Positions 49,340-60,664 of a stretch of 64,000 bases of DNA are shown here, one piece after another. Source of the DNA: an uncultured Chloroflexia bacterium (lineage in GTDB: Bacteria > Chloroflexota > Dehalococcoidia > GIF9 > UBA5629). Made by a program: the position numbers and the translations under genes. Below the pieces are notes generated by a model. It saw nothing but the letters and a program-made list of their open reading frames with translations. It ran no database searches and was not told the origin of the DNA. The DNA lies in contig CAVZKR010000002.1 in assembly GCA_963775935.1 (NCBI GenBank), positions 16,929 to 80,928 of the forward strand, given 5' to 3'. Position 1 is the first letter of the stretch, and each line of letters begins with the position of its first letter.

Positions 49340-49893
49340 CGGCAGAGAAAAAGTATATAGCTCTTTATGTTTCTGGTGAAACTCACTTTTCATCTGCTCG
49401 ATGTCAGCGGACTTAGAATGACCGTCAAACTCAGAAAAAATGGCATGCGGCCCGTACTTTTTGATGACTCGTTTTATCTCGCTGGTTATTGTATTCAGAG
49501 CTACGTCCCACGATATTCTGACATAGCCGCTTTTCCCCCGGTTCTGCTGATTTCTATCACCTTTAGGGTCCCAGTCAACTCTCTTGAGCGGATAGAGAAT
49601 CCTGTTTGGTGAATAGATGCGCTTCTTATAACTCAGACTGAACGGTGGTATCAGTCCTTCATGGTTGGTTTAAATACTTTGCCACGCGCTTTACTCTGCC
49701 AGGGTTTGAATTCTTCCGGTCTATATTTCCAGTCATAATGCAGTGGCCTGATTCTGACAATCCTGCCATTCTTGATGTCAACCACGGATGAGTTGGCATC
49801 AGCGCTTACTGAACAAAAGCCCAATCCTATGGGATAAGACTTTATTCCATTGCCGGACGACTTCTGCTTTGTTTTCGCCTTAAGTATATTCAC
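49340..49893 (-). pseudogene. Chimeric remnant: PHT-alpha N-terminal ~150 codons (frameshifted at ~49650) fused to a ~25-codon internal fragment of hyuA
   Basis: ORF 49651..49893 encodes the PHT-alpha N-terminus (…DIKNGRIVRIRPLHYDWKYRPEEFKPW…). A +1 shift continues it as …PPFSLSYKKRIYSPNRILYPLKRVDWDPKGDRNQQNRGKSGYVRISWD…KKYGPHAIF, then SADIEQMKSEFHQKHKELYTFSLP*. The last ~70 nt (49347-49412) are about 90% identical to hyuA at 55847-55912. Confidence 0.6.
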
Positions 49894-49949
49894 CCTCCCT
49901 TGTTGTATCCGTATATCTTTTCGTAATTACAAGGCAAAGTAGTAAACGA

Positions 49950-50768
49950 CTATGCTGTTTTATACAGAGCGATATCGCCCACATTGATATCTTTGCTGGC
50001 GTCGATATCCTCCAGCTTCCTGGTAAGATATCCCTTCATCGATACCTCCAGGGAATACTTCCCTGGTTCCTGTCTCTCAAACCAGAAATCACCGAAGTTG
50101 TCTGTCTTCAACGTGGACTTCTTGCCTTTGGCTCCAATCAGGGTAACCGTTGCCCCTTCCAGACATTCATCCACCTCGGGGTCATAGACCGCACCGGCGA
50201 TGAAGTACTTGTTGGGCAGGCCGATGTAGTAGACCCGTGGCTTTGCCTTGTATTCGGGGTGAAGCACTTCACCCTTGGCTATCCACTCTTTGAGGTCTTT
50301 CTCCTCTCCGAAGCGCAGGGCATCGGTAGGACATGCGTCAACACATCTCGGCTCTTTCCAGCCATCATCGAGCAGATGGGCACAGAAGGTGCATTTCTGG
50401 GCGATGTTGAGGTCGCTATTGAAGTAGATGACGCCGTACGGGCAGGCATCGAGGCACTGTCTGGCACCGACGCATTTCTCCGGGTCGATGATGACAATAC
50501 CATCTTCCCGCTTGTAGATAGCCTTGCTCTTGCAGGCGGTGATGCAGGGAGCCTCGTCGCAGTGCTGGCAGATAGTGTGCATGTAGCGTACCCGTACCTT
50601 GGGCACTGTTCCCTGGACCACATCGATGACCTTCTGCCAGAAGTGTCCAGTATCAGGCTGTGGCTTGGCGTAGGGAGTCCAGTCATTGCCGACATGCTCG
50701 TCCTTGCAGGCGATCTGGCAATTGTGGCAACCATTGCATCGGGTAATGTCGATAACTAATGCTTTCAT
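49950..50768 (-). CDS. PHT-like molybdoenzyme small (beta) subunit: 3×[4Fe-4S] ferredoxin domain plus a C-terminal transthyretin/carboxypeptidase-regulatory-like beta-sandwich
   Basis: Cys clusters CNGCHNCQIAC, CQHCDEAPCITAC, CVGARQCLDACP and CTFCAHL…CVDACP. The C-terminal ~90-aa beta domain (…GATVTLIGAKGKKSTLKTDNFGDFWF…KYSLEVSMKGY…) matches the architecture of the beta subunit of Pelobacter transhydroxylase. Confidence 0.8.
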   Translation of the reverse strand: MKALVIDITRCNGCHNCQIACKDEHVGNDWTPYAKPQPDTGHFWQKVIDVVQGTVPKVRVRYMHTICQHCDEAPCITACKSKAIYKREDGIVIIDPEKCVGARQCLDACPYGVIYFNSDLNIAQKCTFCAHLLDDGWKEPRCVDACPTDALRFGEEKDLKEWIAKGEVLHPEYKAKPRVYYIGLPNKYFIAGAVYDPEVDECLEGATVTLIGAKGKKSTLKTDNFGDFWFERQEPGKYSLEVSMKGYLTRKLEDIDASKDINVGDIALYKTA

Positions 50769-50773
50769 GAGTT

Positions 50774-53398
50774 CTATCCACCTCCTAGTAATATTCTTTC
50801 AAGTTTCAAGCCTGATGCCGCGTCGTAGGGGCGGTTGAATGCTTTGGGATATTTCCTTCGCAGTTCGTCCATATCAGCTACTTTTACATCTACCAGGAAT
50901 CCACTCGTCACCATACCGGCACAGTTCTTGGAAGTGGTATTGTGCGGGCAGATGGTATTTATGGCGCCCCCTCTATCGATTTTACCTGGCACTATAGGAT
51001 CATATCGTGAACCATGGTCGACGTAAACAGTGTCTGGCATGATTCTCTCAGTCACGTAGGCTCCACAGAGAACCTCACCTCGTTCGTTGAAGATATTGAC
51101 GATGTCGCCATTCCTAATGCTTCTTTCTTCAGCTGTACTGGGATGAATCCAGGCTGGCTCATAGAGGTATCCATCCTGCCCCTTGACCTTACAGGTTTCG
51201 ATTTCATGGAACCAATTAACGTCGTCAAGCTGAGCATGCACTCTATGCCTTGGGTGATTTGACTGGCAGAGCAGCGGATATTTCCTTGCTCTTTCACTGG
51301 AGATTCTCTCGTCATGCATTTCACTCTTCTCGGCCCAGTGAGGTACGGGAGGCCGCTCCTCATCATCTGGGAAATGTTTCAATAAATCTACAGATTCAAA
51401 CTCTATTTTCCCCGAAGGTGTGGTTAATGGATTCTTCTCCGGGTCTTGATAAAATTCGAACATACCGGCCGGATGCTTTTCCCAATCGGCATCGCATGGG
51501 ACAACATAATACTGTTTCTCTTTAAATTGCTCCCATGTCAACAATCCCTTAGCGGGCACTCCACAATTATCAAAGCCGGTCTTAATCCAATGCTGAATCG
51601 ATTTGCCCTCCGTATACTCTTTCAATAATCCCAGTTTTTGGGCTATAAAACAAACTATTTCATAGTCGCTCTTAGACTCTCCTAGCGGCTCAATACATTT
51701 ATTTTCCAGGTAAACCGTTTCGTAAGTCATACTTTCGGTGTCATCACCTATGTCATCTTCTTCGAATTTGGTATTCACCGGCAGAATAATATCTGAGAAG
51801 AGACAATCGTTCTCAAGCCAAGGGTGCTGAGCTACAAAGAATTCGATTGATGAATGACGATAAGCATCAGCAATTTTATTGCTGTCATTCCAGCAAGTCA
51901 TCAAGCAAGGAGAATCTGTCCATATCATATGAATTGGTTTGCAACCCTTGGCAGGATATTCGTATTTAACAAATTGCTCTGCTGCTGGAGTACATTGAAG
52001 GGAACAGCCATGAATGGTAAATTTGCCTTTTAATATGGCATCATGCACCAGAGTTTTAGTAATAAACTGCTTTGGCAGCTTTATGAACGGGAACGGTGAA
52101 TATCCTCGAAAAGCAGCTCGCACATTAACTGGAGGATTATTGATAATGCTACCCGGAGAAGGTGGATAAGCCGGATGGTCTTCCGAACCGAACACAGCCC
52201 TGTTGATGATAGCAAATGAATGTACTCCGGGCTTACCCAATCCCTGCATCGCCAGAAGTAACACTTCCAATCTTGCTGGCTCGTGGGAGAAAGGTCCGCG
52301 GATATACGGTCCACCCAAGCCATGGATTACTGATGTGGTCTTTGAACCCCATTGTTTTGCCAGAGCAACTATAATTCTAGCAGGCACTCCCGTTTTTTCC
52401 GAAGCCCAATTTGGTGTCTTAGGAACACCATCATCTTTACCAAGTACGTAATACTTAAACTTTTCAAATCCCACTGTATGGGTCGCTATATATTCTTTAT
52501 CGTAAGTACTCTCTTTTAGCCACACGTAAGCAATGGCAAGTTGCAATGCTGCATCGGTATTTGGTCTGATCGGAATCCATTTGTCAGCATGTACCGCTGC
52601 GCCATAGTTCATATCTGGACAAATATAAATTTGTTTTATTCCTAGTTCAGTAAGCCAATAACAATATTTGCTCACCATATCTCCACTGCTGAATCCTCGG
52701 GTTGTTGTAGTTGGATCGCACCCCCAGAACAGAGTCATTTTACTATGTTTGGCAATATCCGAATACATATTTGTGGGATTGGGCATAAGCCCAAAAGGCT
52801 CTCCTCCCCAGGTATGCTTGGCACCCCAGTACCAGCCTTCCCAGCTGTCAGGATTTCTTAGCTGAACTGTACAACCTCCCAGAAGATTGAGAAGCCTGAC
52901 CTGGCAACCGTGAGTTCCATGGACTACTTTTGTCTCACCGTGCCCATCAGCCTGAGCAAAAATGGAATAAGGACCATATTTTTTGATTATCCTCATTATT
53001 TCCTTAGTGATGATATCACCAGCCTCATCCCAAGAAATCCTTACATAACCGCTCTTTCCACGGTTCTGAGGGTTTCGTTCACCTTCGGGATCCCAATCCA
53101 CTCTTTTTAAGGGATAAAGAATTCGATTCGGGGAATAAATGCTTTTCTTATAACAGAGACCGAAGGGGCCGATGGTTGATTTGAGCGGTGGTTCGAAAAC
53201 TTTACCCTTCGCTTTAATTTTCCAGGGTTTAAACTCTGAAGGTTTATATTTCCAGTCATATGGAAACGGTCGAATCCTAATTATCTTACCATCCTTAACA
53301 TCAACAGCCGCAAGATGCGAGCCAATACCCATAGCGCTGAATCCAGTGCTTTTGATTAACGTTTTATCTCCTGCTGTATAATTGTCTTTTTTTACCAT
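50774..53398 (-). CDS. PHT-like molybdoenzyme large (alpha) subunit, paralogue 3
   Basis: 874 aa. The closest paralogue is 18058..20715 (…DSWEGWYWGAKHTWG…, …FWGCDPTTT…, …IYICPDMNYGAAVHADKWIPIRPNTDAAL…). Its stop is 5 nt upstream of the beta-subunit start. Confidence 0.85.
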   Translation of the reverse strand: MVKKDNYTAGDKTLIKSTGFSAMGIGSHLAAVDVKDGKIIRIRPFPYDWKYKPSEFKPWKIKAKGKVFEPPLKSTIGPFGLCYKKSIYSPNRILYPLKRVDWDPEGERNPQNRGKSGYVRISWDEAGDIITKEIMRIIKKYGPYSIFAQADGHGETKVVHGTHGCQVRLLNLLGGCTVQLRNPDSWEGWYWGAKHTWGGEPFGLMPNPTNMYSDIAKHSKMTLFWGCDPTTTTRGFSSGDMVSKYCYWLTELGIKQIYICPDMNYGAAVHADKWIPIRPNTDAALQLAIAYVWLKESTYDKEYIATHTVGFEKFKYYVLGKDDGVPKTPNWASEKTGVPARIIVALAKQWGSKTTSVIHGLGGPYIRGPFSHEPARLEVLLLAMQGLGKPGVHSFAIINRAVFGSEDHPAYPPSPGSIINNPPVNVRAAFRGYSPFPFIKLPKQFITKTLVHDAILKGKFTIHGCSLQCTPAAEQFVKYEYPAKGCKPIHMIWTDSPCLMTCWNDSNKIADAYRHSSIEFFVAQHPWLENDCLFSDIILPVNTKFEEDDIGDDTESMTYETVYLENKCIEPLGESKSDYEIVCFIAQKLGLLKEYTEGKSIQHWIKTGFDNCGVPAKGLLTWEQFKEKQYYVVPCDADWEKHPAGMFEFYQDPEKNPLTTPSGKIEFESVDLLKHFPDDEERPPVPHWAEKSEMHDERISSERARKYPLLCQSNHPRHRVHAQLDDVNWFHEIETCKVKGQDGYLYEPAWIHPSTAEERSIRNGDIVNIFNERGEVLCGAYVTERIMPDTVYVDHGSRYDPIVPGKIDRGGAINTICPHNTTSKNCAGMVTSGFLVDVKVADMDELRRKYPKAFNRPYDAASGLKLERILLGGG

Positions 53399-53792
53399 CT
53401 TACCTCCCTGAGATATTTTAATTTATAGCTAGTTACAGAGCAGCATACGACTGCCCGATTTTATGGGCATTGTTATCAGAACATGCTCTGGAACTGAATC
53501 TGGAGCTGTAGTAGGCATGGAAGAAGGATTTGAGGCAGTACAATCATTGAGAATTATCCTATTTACCAATACCGTGACCATAAGTGGACATTAGAAGAAA
53601 TCATCGCTTTACTTGATGTTAAAATTATTTCAGATTGAAATTGACCCACTACCCAATTTCGACCAACTTTTAGTTCCTTTCTAGGGACTGCTAGCTTCAC
53701 TGTCGTCCCAAAAAAACCTCAAAACCACTATTATTTTAAACAACCTCGTATTGAATATTACTTCCTATGCCATGGTATGATGGAGTCTTCCA

Positions 53793-55544
53793 TCATAAGC
53801 GCTTAGCCCTTAGTCTTTTCGTTGCTTTAAAATCGATTTTCAGGGTATCAGGGTTGAGCACAACTCTATAAACGTCTCGCGCTGCTTTCAATGAAATGAG
53901 TTCATTCTGAACATCCATTTTAACAGCTCTGGGGTCACGCTCTTCCGGAGGACCTACCCCAGCACCACCACCACTCAAGCCAACAAAAATATCGCCACGG
54001 TTTAAATTTTTCTCGACATGGGGTTTCGTAATCTTGATATGTTTAGCCCTTTGTAGGATATAAGCCGTATTGAAAGGAGTAGGGCATCCACCCTGTTGCC
54101 CAGTCGCTTGAGTGTACCATCCATCGCAAGCACCCAGATTTAATATGCAGTCTTCCCCCTCGTTTATACCTTCCCAGATTATACCAGGCGCACCGCGCCA
54201 CCTCCCAGCTCCGACAGAATCAGTCATAAACTCATACCTTTTCACGTCCCAGGGAAATATCACCATGTCTGCCTCAACATCACCCTTGCTAGCGATACCC
54301 ATTGCTCCCAAGTTACAACAGCATTGATATCCATCATACCCTGATACTGCGCCCGCACCACCAGCCGGACCGAATTGGACATTTACATATAACTGTTTTG
54401 TCGTGGGGTCACGTCCAACGAACATAGGGTAGAATTGTTTACCGTAAGGCGTAATGGCATGCTGTGGCAGGGCTTGCGATAGCACCGAAAGGACACATTG
54501 AATAATTAAATTGCCAGTTTGTCCAGGCGCTGATGACATAAGACAGCCCGGTTTACAATTTACCACAGTACCCTCTCGAGCTATGACATGAAAAGGTCTC
54601 AGGCTTCCTTCATTGTGATATGCACTAAGTTCAGAACCCAGGAACAGGAAACTAGCACATAATGTGTCACTTAAGGTCATAGAATAGACCGAATTAATAT
54701 AGCCCTTGCACTGCTCATCGCTATCGGAGAAGTCAAAGGTCGCCTCATCACCTTTAATCGTCAACTTGCACCTGACTGTCACCGGTACATCCAACGTGGC
54801 ACCATCATCATCCAGCTTCGCTTCTGCATAATATATGCCATCGGGCCACTGGGCAATCTCCGCTCTCACTGCCTTTTCGGTACGATTTATCATCTCCTCT
54901 AGGCTAGCAAGTACCGTTTCCTTACCATATTTGTCCAGCAATTCTACCAGCCTTCGCTCAGCTACTACGGTACTTCCCATAAGAGAACGCATCTCTTGCC
55001 GCATGAGGTCAGGCATGCGATTATTACACAGAATGATGTCAAGCATATCCTCTTTCTCCTGGCCCCTTTCCATAATCTTTACTGGCGGAATGTTTAAGCC
55101 CTCCGCAATAGAATCGTAGGAAAGATGATGGGCACCGGGCTGGGCTCCTCCACTTTCCGGGACATGAGTACCCATGCAGCTGAAAAACACCAGCTCATCT
55201 TTATAGAATATTGGCCTAATAAAAACCCAATCAGGCAGATGAACCGCCCCAGCCAGGAAAGGATGATTGGTCAAGAACATATCTCCAGGATATATCTTCC
55301 CTCTGAATTTCTTTAACACCGCCTTGATGGGAAAGGTACTGGATATTAATCGACAGCAAAAACCTTCAGGAATAGCGATAGCCTGGGCCTCAGCATCCCA
55401 TATACCGTAAGCCAAATCATGGAGTGCCACTGTTAAAGGGTTGGTCGTAGTTCTTTCCATAGTCTCACGCATCTCCACACAGACTCTCTGCAGGAAATGC
55501 CATATTGTCGCTATCGTAATCAGGTCTGTCTTTATCATTTTCAT
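53793..55544 (-). CDS. Hydantoinase B / oxoprolinase family protein (HyuB), intact copy in tandem-repeat copy 1
   Basis: 583 aa. It overlaps the upstream hyuA stop by 4 nt, so the two are translationally coupled. Confidence 0.85.
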   Translation of the reverse strand: MKMIKTDLITIATIWHFLQRVCVEMRETMERTTTNPLTVALHDLAYGIWDAEAQAIAIPEGFCCRLISSTFPIKAVLKKFRGKIYPGDMFLTNHPFLAGAVHLPDWVFIRPIFYKDELVFFSCMGTHVPESGGAQPGAHHLSYDSIAEGLNIPPVKIMERGQEKEDMLDIILCNNRMPDLMRQEMRSLMGSTVVAERRLVELLDKYGKETVLASLEEMINRTEKAVRAEIAQWPDGIYYAEAKLDDDGATLDVPVTVRCKLTIKGDEATFDFSDSDEQCKGYINSVYSMTLSDTLCASFLFLGSELSAYHNEGSLRPFHVIAREGTVVNCKPGCLMSSAPGQTGNLIIQCVLSVLSQALPQHAITPYGKQFYPMFVGRDPTTKQLYVNVQFGPAGGAGAVSGYDGYQCCCNLGAMGIASKGDVEADMVIFPWDVKRYEFMTDSVGAGRWRGAPGIIWEGINEGEDCILNLGACDGWYTQATGQQGGCPTPFNTAYILQRAKHIKITKPHVEKNLNRGDIFVGLSGGGAGVGPPEERDPRAVKMDVQNELISLKAARDVYRVVLNPDTLKIDFKATKRLRAKRL

Positions 55545-57606
55545 TCTCTCCGTATAATATAATTTCCATATTCATCAACCTGGCAGTTAAATCCCTTAGG
55601 AAGCACCACAGTAGTTGTTACTTCCTCGACCACCGCCGGTCCTGGGATAACATTTCCAGATTTCAATCTGGAACTATCATAGATTGGCGTCTCTATATAG
55701 CTACCGTCGAAGAAACATTTCCTCTCTCGTTTCAGTGCTTCTGAGGGATCGCTTGTCCCGGCGGTTGTTTTCCTCAGCTCTATCTTTTGTGTCCGAATTG
55801 TAGCTGTTAGCCGTAGGTTACGAAATTCAACTGGAACCCACGGCAGAGAAAAAGTATATAGTTCTTGATGTTTCTGGTGAAACTCACTTTCCATCTGCTC
55901 GATGTCAGCGGAGTTAGTATCTCCTTCAGGAAGAACCATCTCGAGTTCATGATATTGCCCTTGGTATCGAACGTCCGCATATTTGTTAACTATTAAATCC
56001 TCCTTGGATATATGTAATGCCTTGGACTCGTCTAAGGCCTCTGTTGTCATTTCGTGGTATAGCTGGTTCATGGCCTCTGGTCTAGCAGCTTTGACTGGGC
56101 AAATATAAGACCGAATATAGTCACGCCCCATGTTCAGGAAGAACATGCTCCAGGCACAAAAGGAAGCGGCAAATTTCGGGACAATAGTCTTTCGCACGCC
56201 AAGCAGATCTGCTACAAAAACTCCACACAAACCACCACCACCACCGAATGACAGCAGGCTGAAATCCCTGACATCATAGCCCTTCTTGGTTGATATTGAC
56301 GTTATGCCATCTGCCATGTTATGGTTGACTGTGGTGAACATTGCATTTGCCGCTTCTTCAACACTTATTTTCAACGGCTCAGCAATTTTCTTCATGGCTG
56401 ATCTAGCTAACTCAACATTCAGTTTAATTTTGCCGCCACAGAAATTATCGGGTGCGATGTATCCCAGAATTACCGCCGCATCGGTAACTGTGGGCTCTTT
56501 TCCACCCCTTATTATAGCAAGCTGGACCTGGCTCAGCTCCAGCGCTGGACGGTCCAACACGGAGCAGCCCCAGTCGGGTCCAACCAGCCAATGCTCCCTC
56601 CTCCTGCCCCAATACTGATGACATCCGCTACCTTAATCCCTATCCTGTCATCATTCAACCAAGTCGCCGGCCTTTAAACTTACCTGGCCGTCTTTGACTA
56701 GACTGGCATCCCGGGTAGTTCCCCCCATATCACCGGTTATAAAGTTCTGCTCCCCGATAATACTACCAAGGTAAACCGCACCCGCTGGACCAGCTGCAGG
56801 ACCGGAACCGCTTAAGATAGATTGGCTTTCTTACTACCGCTGAAACTGATTGTATATACTGATTGGCTTGCACCATCAAAAGCTGACCTGTGAAGCCAAA
56901 TTTACCCAATTTTGTCTCAAGACTATTCAGATACTTGCCAACAATAGGTCCCAGACTCGCGCTAATAACACAAGTGCTCTCTCGCTCATATTCCCCCATC
57001 TTGGGAAGTATACTACTAGAATAAGTGACAAACACACCTTTGAGCTCTCGCTCACAGATCATGGGCTGCCTTCTTTTCGTTCTCAGGATTGACATATGAG
57101 TTTATAAAACATATCGCAATTGCTTTAATTTTCTGTTTCTTTATCTTCTCAATTACAATTCCAAGTTCATCCTCGTCTATCGGCTTGACTATTTCACCGG
57201 TGTGTTTGGTTTTCTCGTCAACGGTGAACCTGAGATAGCGGGGTACTATTGGTTCATATGGAGGGATCATAGCCTCATACATGGAATGTGTTTCAATCTT
57301 TAGGCAACGGCGCATCTCAATGATGTCTCTGAAGCCTTCGGTTGTAATCATTGCAGTGCGTGCTAACTTCCTTTGCACCAGGGCATTTGTGGCTACGGTG
57401 GTTCCATGCACTATCCATTCAGTTTGCTTCAAGAACTCCTCTGGGGATAGTGAAAAAGCAGCCGCCGCTTCTACCAGTGTATTGATTACGCCCTCGGAAA
57501 AATCGCTCGGGGTGGTCGGCGATTTGAATTCGTGAAGGTTGCCTTTTTCATCCATAACTATACTCTCAGTGAAAGTACCTCCGGTATCCAAACACACTCT
57601 GAACAT
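55541..57606 (-). pseudogene. Hydantoinase A family protein (HyuA), copy 1, split into three ORFs by indels relative to the intact copy at 60661..62721
   Basis: ORFs 57052..57606, 56763..57095 and 55541..56560 are collinear with the intact 686-aa protein from copy 2. Nucleotide differences from copy 2 are almost all single-base length changes in short runs: cccc/ccc at about 56507, cggg/cgg at about 56575, ctt/ct at about 56815, and ggg/gg at about 57065. Confidence 0.7.
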
Positions 57607-58898
57607 ACTATTGCTCCTTTACCTTATTTCTTTTATTGCTTTTCTGTGCTTGGCAATAATAACAAATGGTAAAATCCAGTTTCTCCGCTAAATTCACATC
57701 TATTTTCAGTTTGCGATATAACGTATTTGATCTTATTCCCAATATGTCTCATCTGTTTCCAAAATGCCTTCAAATACTGGTGGGATAGTATAAGCCATAG
57801 TTTTTTCTTATATCAAAACAAACTTTGCTATCCAGTATGGTCCAGTGGATGTCAATATCAATACTTCGTTTTCTGGCTCGCAACCTATTGTATTTTAAAT
57901 CATGCCTAATGCATTGTGTATTGGGTGGCTCCATTGGACAGGGCCGCCATTAGTATGCATACGCATCTGGATGATGCCGTTTTTCCGCTCCAAGATAAAA
58001 TGTTCCTTATATTGTTCCTTGTAATTGTCAAACTATGGTCTGGCAACAAATTGTGGTAATTTCATCTTTCTTTTCATATCATAAACATCCTTTTATGATT
58101 ATCTAATTTGACTCTTGCTTATGTTGGATATTTTTATTTCTTGGATCAGTCCCGCTAAAGTCATGAGATAAAAATACAGACTAGGAGTTTTGAAAGTATA
58201 AACATACTAATGAGCCTGAAACTGTCCAATGTTTGCATGTGTATGCTATTATATCATAAATATTGGAAGGGTCAATAGTTTGTTATGGTCCATAACATAT
58301 TGGCCTTTTGAGAGGAGGAGATAAAGTTGTCCAGATAATACTGCAGAGGTGGCAAATTGCCAATACACCCTATGCGGTTTTTCGGTATTTTACCAAATCA
58401 AGTACTCCATCAGGTTATGGTTAAGGATATCAAGCTCATCCAATTCATCGATGTGCAAGTTCACGAATTGTTCCGGATGCTCAGCTTTGATTGATTTAAT
58501 CCGTTCGACCACAGGTGAATTCCTCTCCACTACTAATGCTGATTCCTTACGTCTCATTCTAACAATATTGTGCAAAGAGGATCTTGTCTCTTATAAGCTG
58601 GACTTGATTTTTTGAAAGCAGATGACCCGACCCCCCAAAAGTGGTCCAGTTATAATGTTAGTCTGAAGATCACAAAACTCTCACTTCATGTGGACCAGTT
58701 TTTGGGGAGCAGATCATCATCACCAAAGTTATCGGTCTTGGCAGATATTTCTTTTGGGAATAAAATCATGGTGTTAATTACAAACCTATCTGAACCAGCT
58801 CAGAACTGTAAGTGTACATTTTATTCGCATTTTTGCTAATTATGAAAAAGCCACAAGAATCTATGTGGTACGGCCCATTTGTGAGTGTAAGGCCTGTT

Positions 58899-60664
58899 TT
58901 AGCTATTAATATGTTTGTTCTCACGTCTTAGAGCTTTTGTGGCTTTACGGTCAATTTCTAAAGTAACAGGTTTCAGGACTACTTTATAAATATCATGCGC
59001 TGCCCTCATAGAGACCAGCTCGTTCTTCACATCCATCCTCACTGCTTCAGGGTCTCGCTCCTCCGGAGGGCCTACCCCAGCACCACCACCACTCTCTGTA
59101 ACAAGTATATCTCCGGCCATCAATTTTTTTTCTAAATGCGGCTGTGTAATATCAATACGCTCAGTACCTCTCGTGATGTGTGATTTGTTGAAAGGAGTAG
59201 GGCATCCACCCTGTTGTCCATTCGCTTGGGTGTAAAACCCGTCAGAACCACCACTAGGGGCAATACAGTCCCCCGACTCATTTACACCCTCCCAGATTAT
59301 ACCAGGTGCACCGCGCCATCTCCCAGCTCCGGCAGAATCAGTCATAAACTCATACCTTTTCACGTCCCAGGGAAATCTCACCATCTCTTCCTCGGTGTCA
59401 GTCTTACTGGCGACACCCATTGTTGCCAAGTTACAACAGCATTGATATCCATCATACCCTGATACTGCGCCCGCACCACCATGTGAACAAAATGAAATAT
59501 ACATATACAACGCATTTGTTCTTGGATCCTTTCCAATGATCGGGCCGGGTCGGGTAACTTACCATAAGGTGCAATGGCATGCTGTGGCAGGGCTTGCGAT
59601 AGCACCGAAAGGACACATTGAATAATTAAACTGCCAGTCATTGCTGCATTCGCTAATGTCAGACAGCCCGGTTTACAATTTACCACAGTACCCTCTCGAG
59701 CTATGACATGAAGAGGTCTCAGGCTTCCTTCATTGTGATATGCACTAAGTTCAGAACTCAGGAACAGGAAACTAGCACATAATGTGTCACTTAAGGTCAT
59801 AGAATAGACCGAATTAATATAGCCCTTGCACTGCTCATCGCTATCGGAGAAGTCAAAGGTCGCCTCATCACCCTTAATCGTCAGCTTACACCTGACTGTC
59901 ACCGGTACATCCAACGTGGCACCATCATCATCCAGCTTCGCTTCTGCATAATATATGCCATCGGGCCACTGGGCAATCTCCTCTCTCACTGCCTTTTCGG
60001 TACGATTTATCATCTCCTCTAGGCTAGCAAGTACCGTTTCCTTACCATATTTGTCCAGCAATTCTACCAGCCTTCGCTCAGCTACTACAGTACTTCCCAT
60101 AAGAGAACGCATCTCTCGCCGCATGAGGTCAGGCATGCGATTATTACACAGAATGATGTCAAGCATATCCTCTTTCTCCTGGCCCCTTTCCATAATCTTT
60201 ATTGGCGGAATGTTTAAGCCCTCCCCAATAAAATCGTAGGCAAGATAATGGGCACCGGGCTGAGCTCCTCCATTGTCCGGGACATGAGTACCCATGCAGC
60301 TGAAAAACACCAGCTCATCTTTATAGAATATTGGCCTAATAAAAACCCAATCAGGCAGATGAACCGCCCCAGCCAGGAAAGGATGATTGGTCAAGAAGAT
60401 ATCTCCAGGATAGATCTTCCCTCTGAATTTCTTTAACACCGCCTTGATGGGAAAGGTACTGGATATTAATCGAGGGGGAAAACCTTCAGGAATAGCGATA
60501 ACCCGGGCCTCAGCATCCCATATACCGTAAGCCAAATCATGGAGTGTAGTTGTTAAAACATTGGTTGCTGTTCTTTCCATAGTCTCACGCATCTCCACAC
60601 AGACTCTCTGCAGGAAATGCCATATTGTCGCTATCGTAATCAGGTCTGTCTTTATCATTTTCAT
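58899..60664 (-). pseudogene. Hydantoinase B family protein (HyuB), copy 2, frameshifted / internally rearranged at ~59500-59580
   Basis: The N-terminal 59378..60664 ORF and C-terminal 58899..59510 ORF align to the intact HyuB at 53793..55544 but are joined out of frame. The junction region differs by more than simple homopolymer indels. Confidence 0.7.

Larger units (their letters stand above)
53793..58020. repeat. Tandem direct repeat, copy 1 (~4.2 kb: hyuB, hyuA and ~400 bp of upstream region)
   Basis: The period is about 5115-5120 bp. For example, ORFs 57727..57909 and 62842..63024 are identical, as are 57281..57535 and 62396..62650. Identity ends near 58020 / 63135 (…ccttatattgttcctt). 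Confidence 0.75.
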
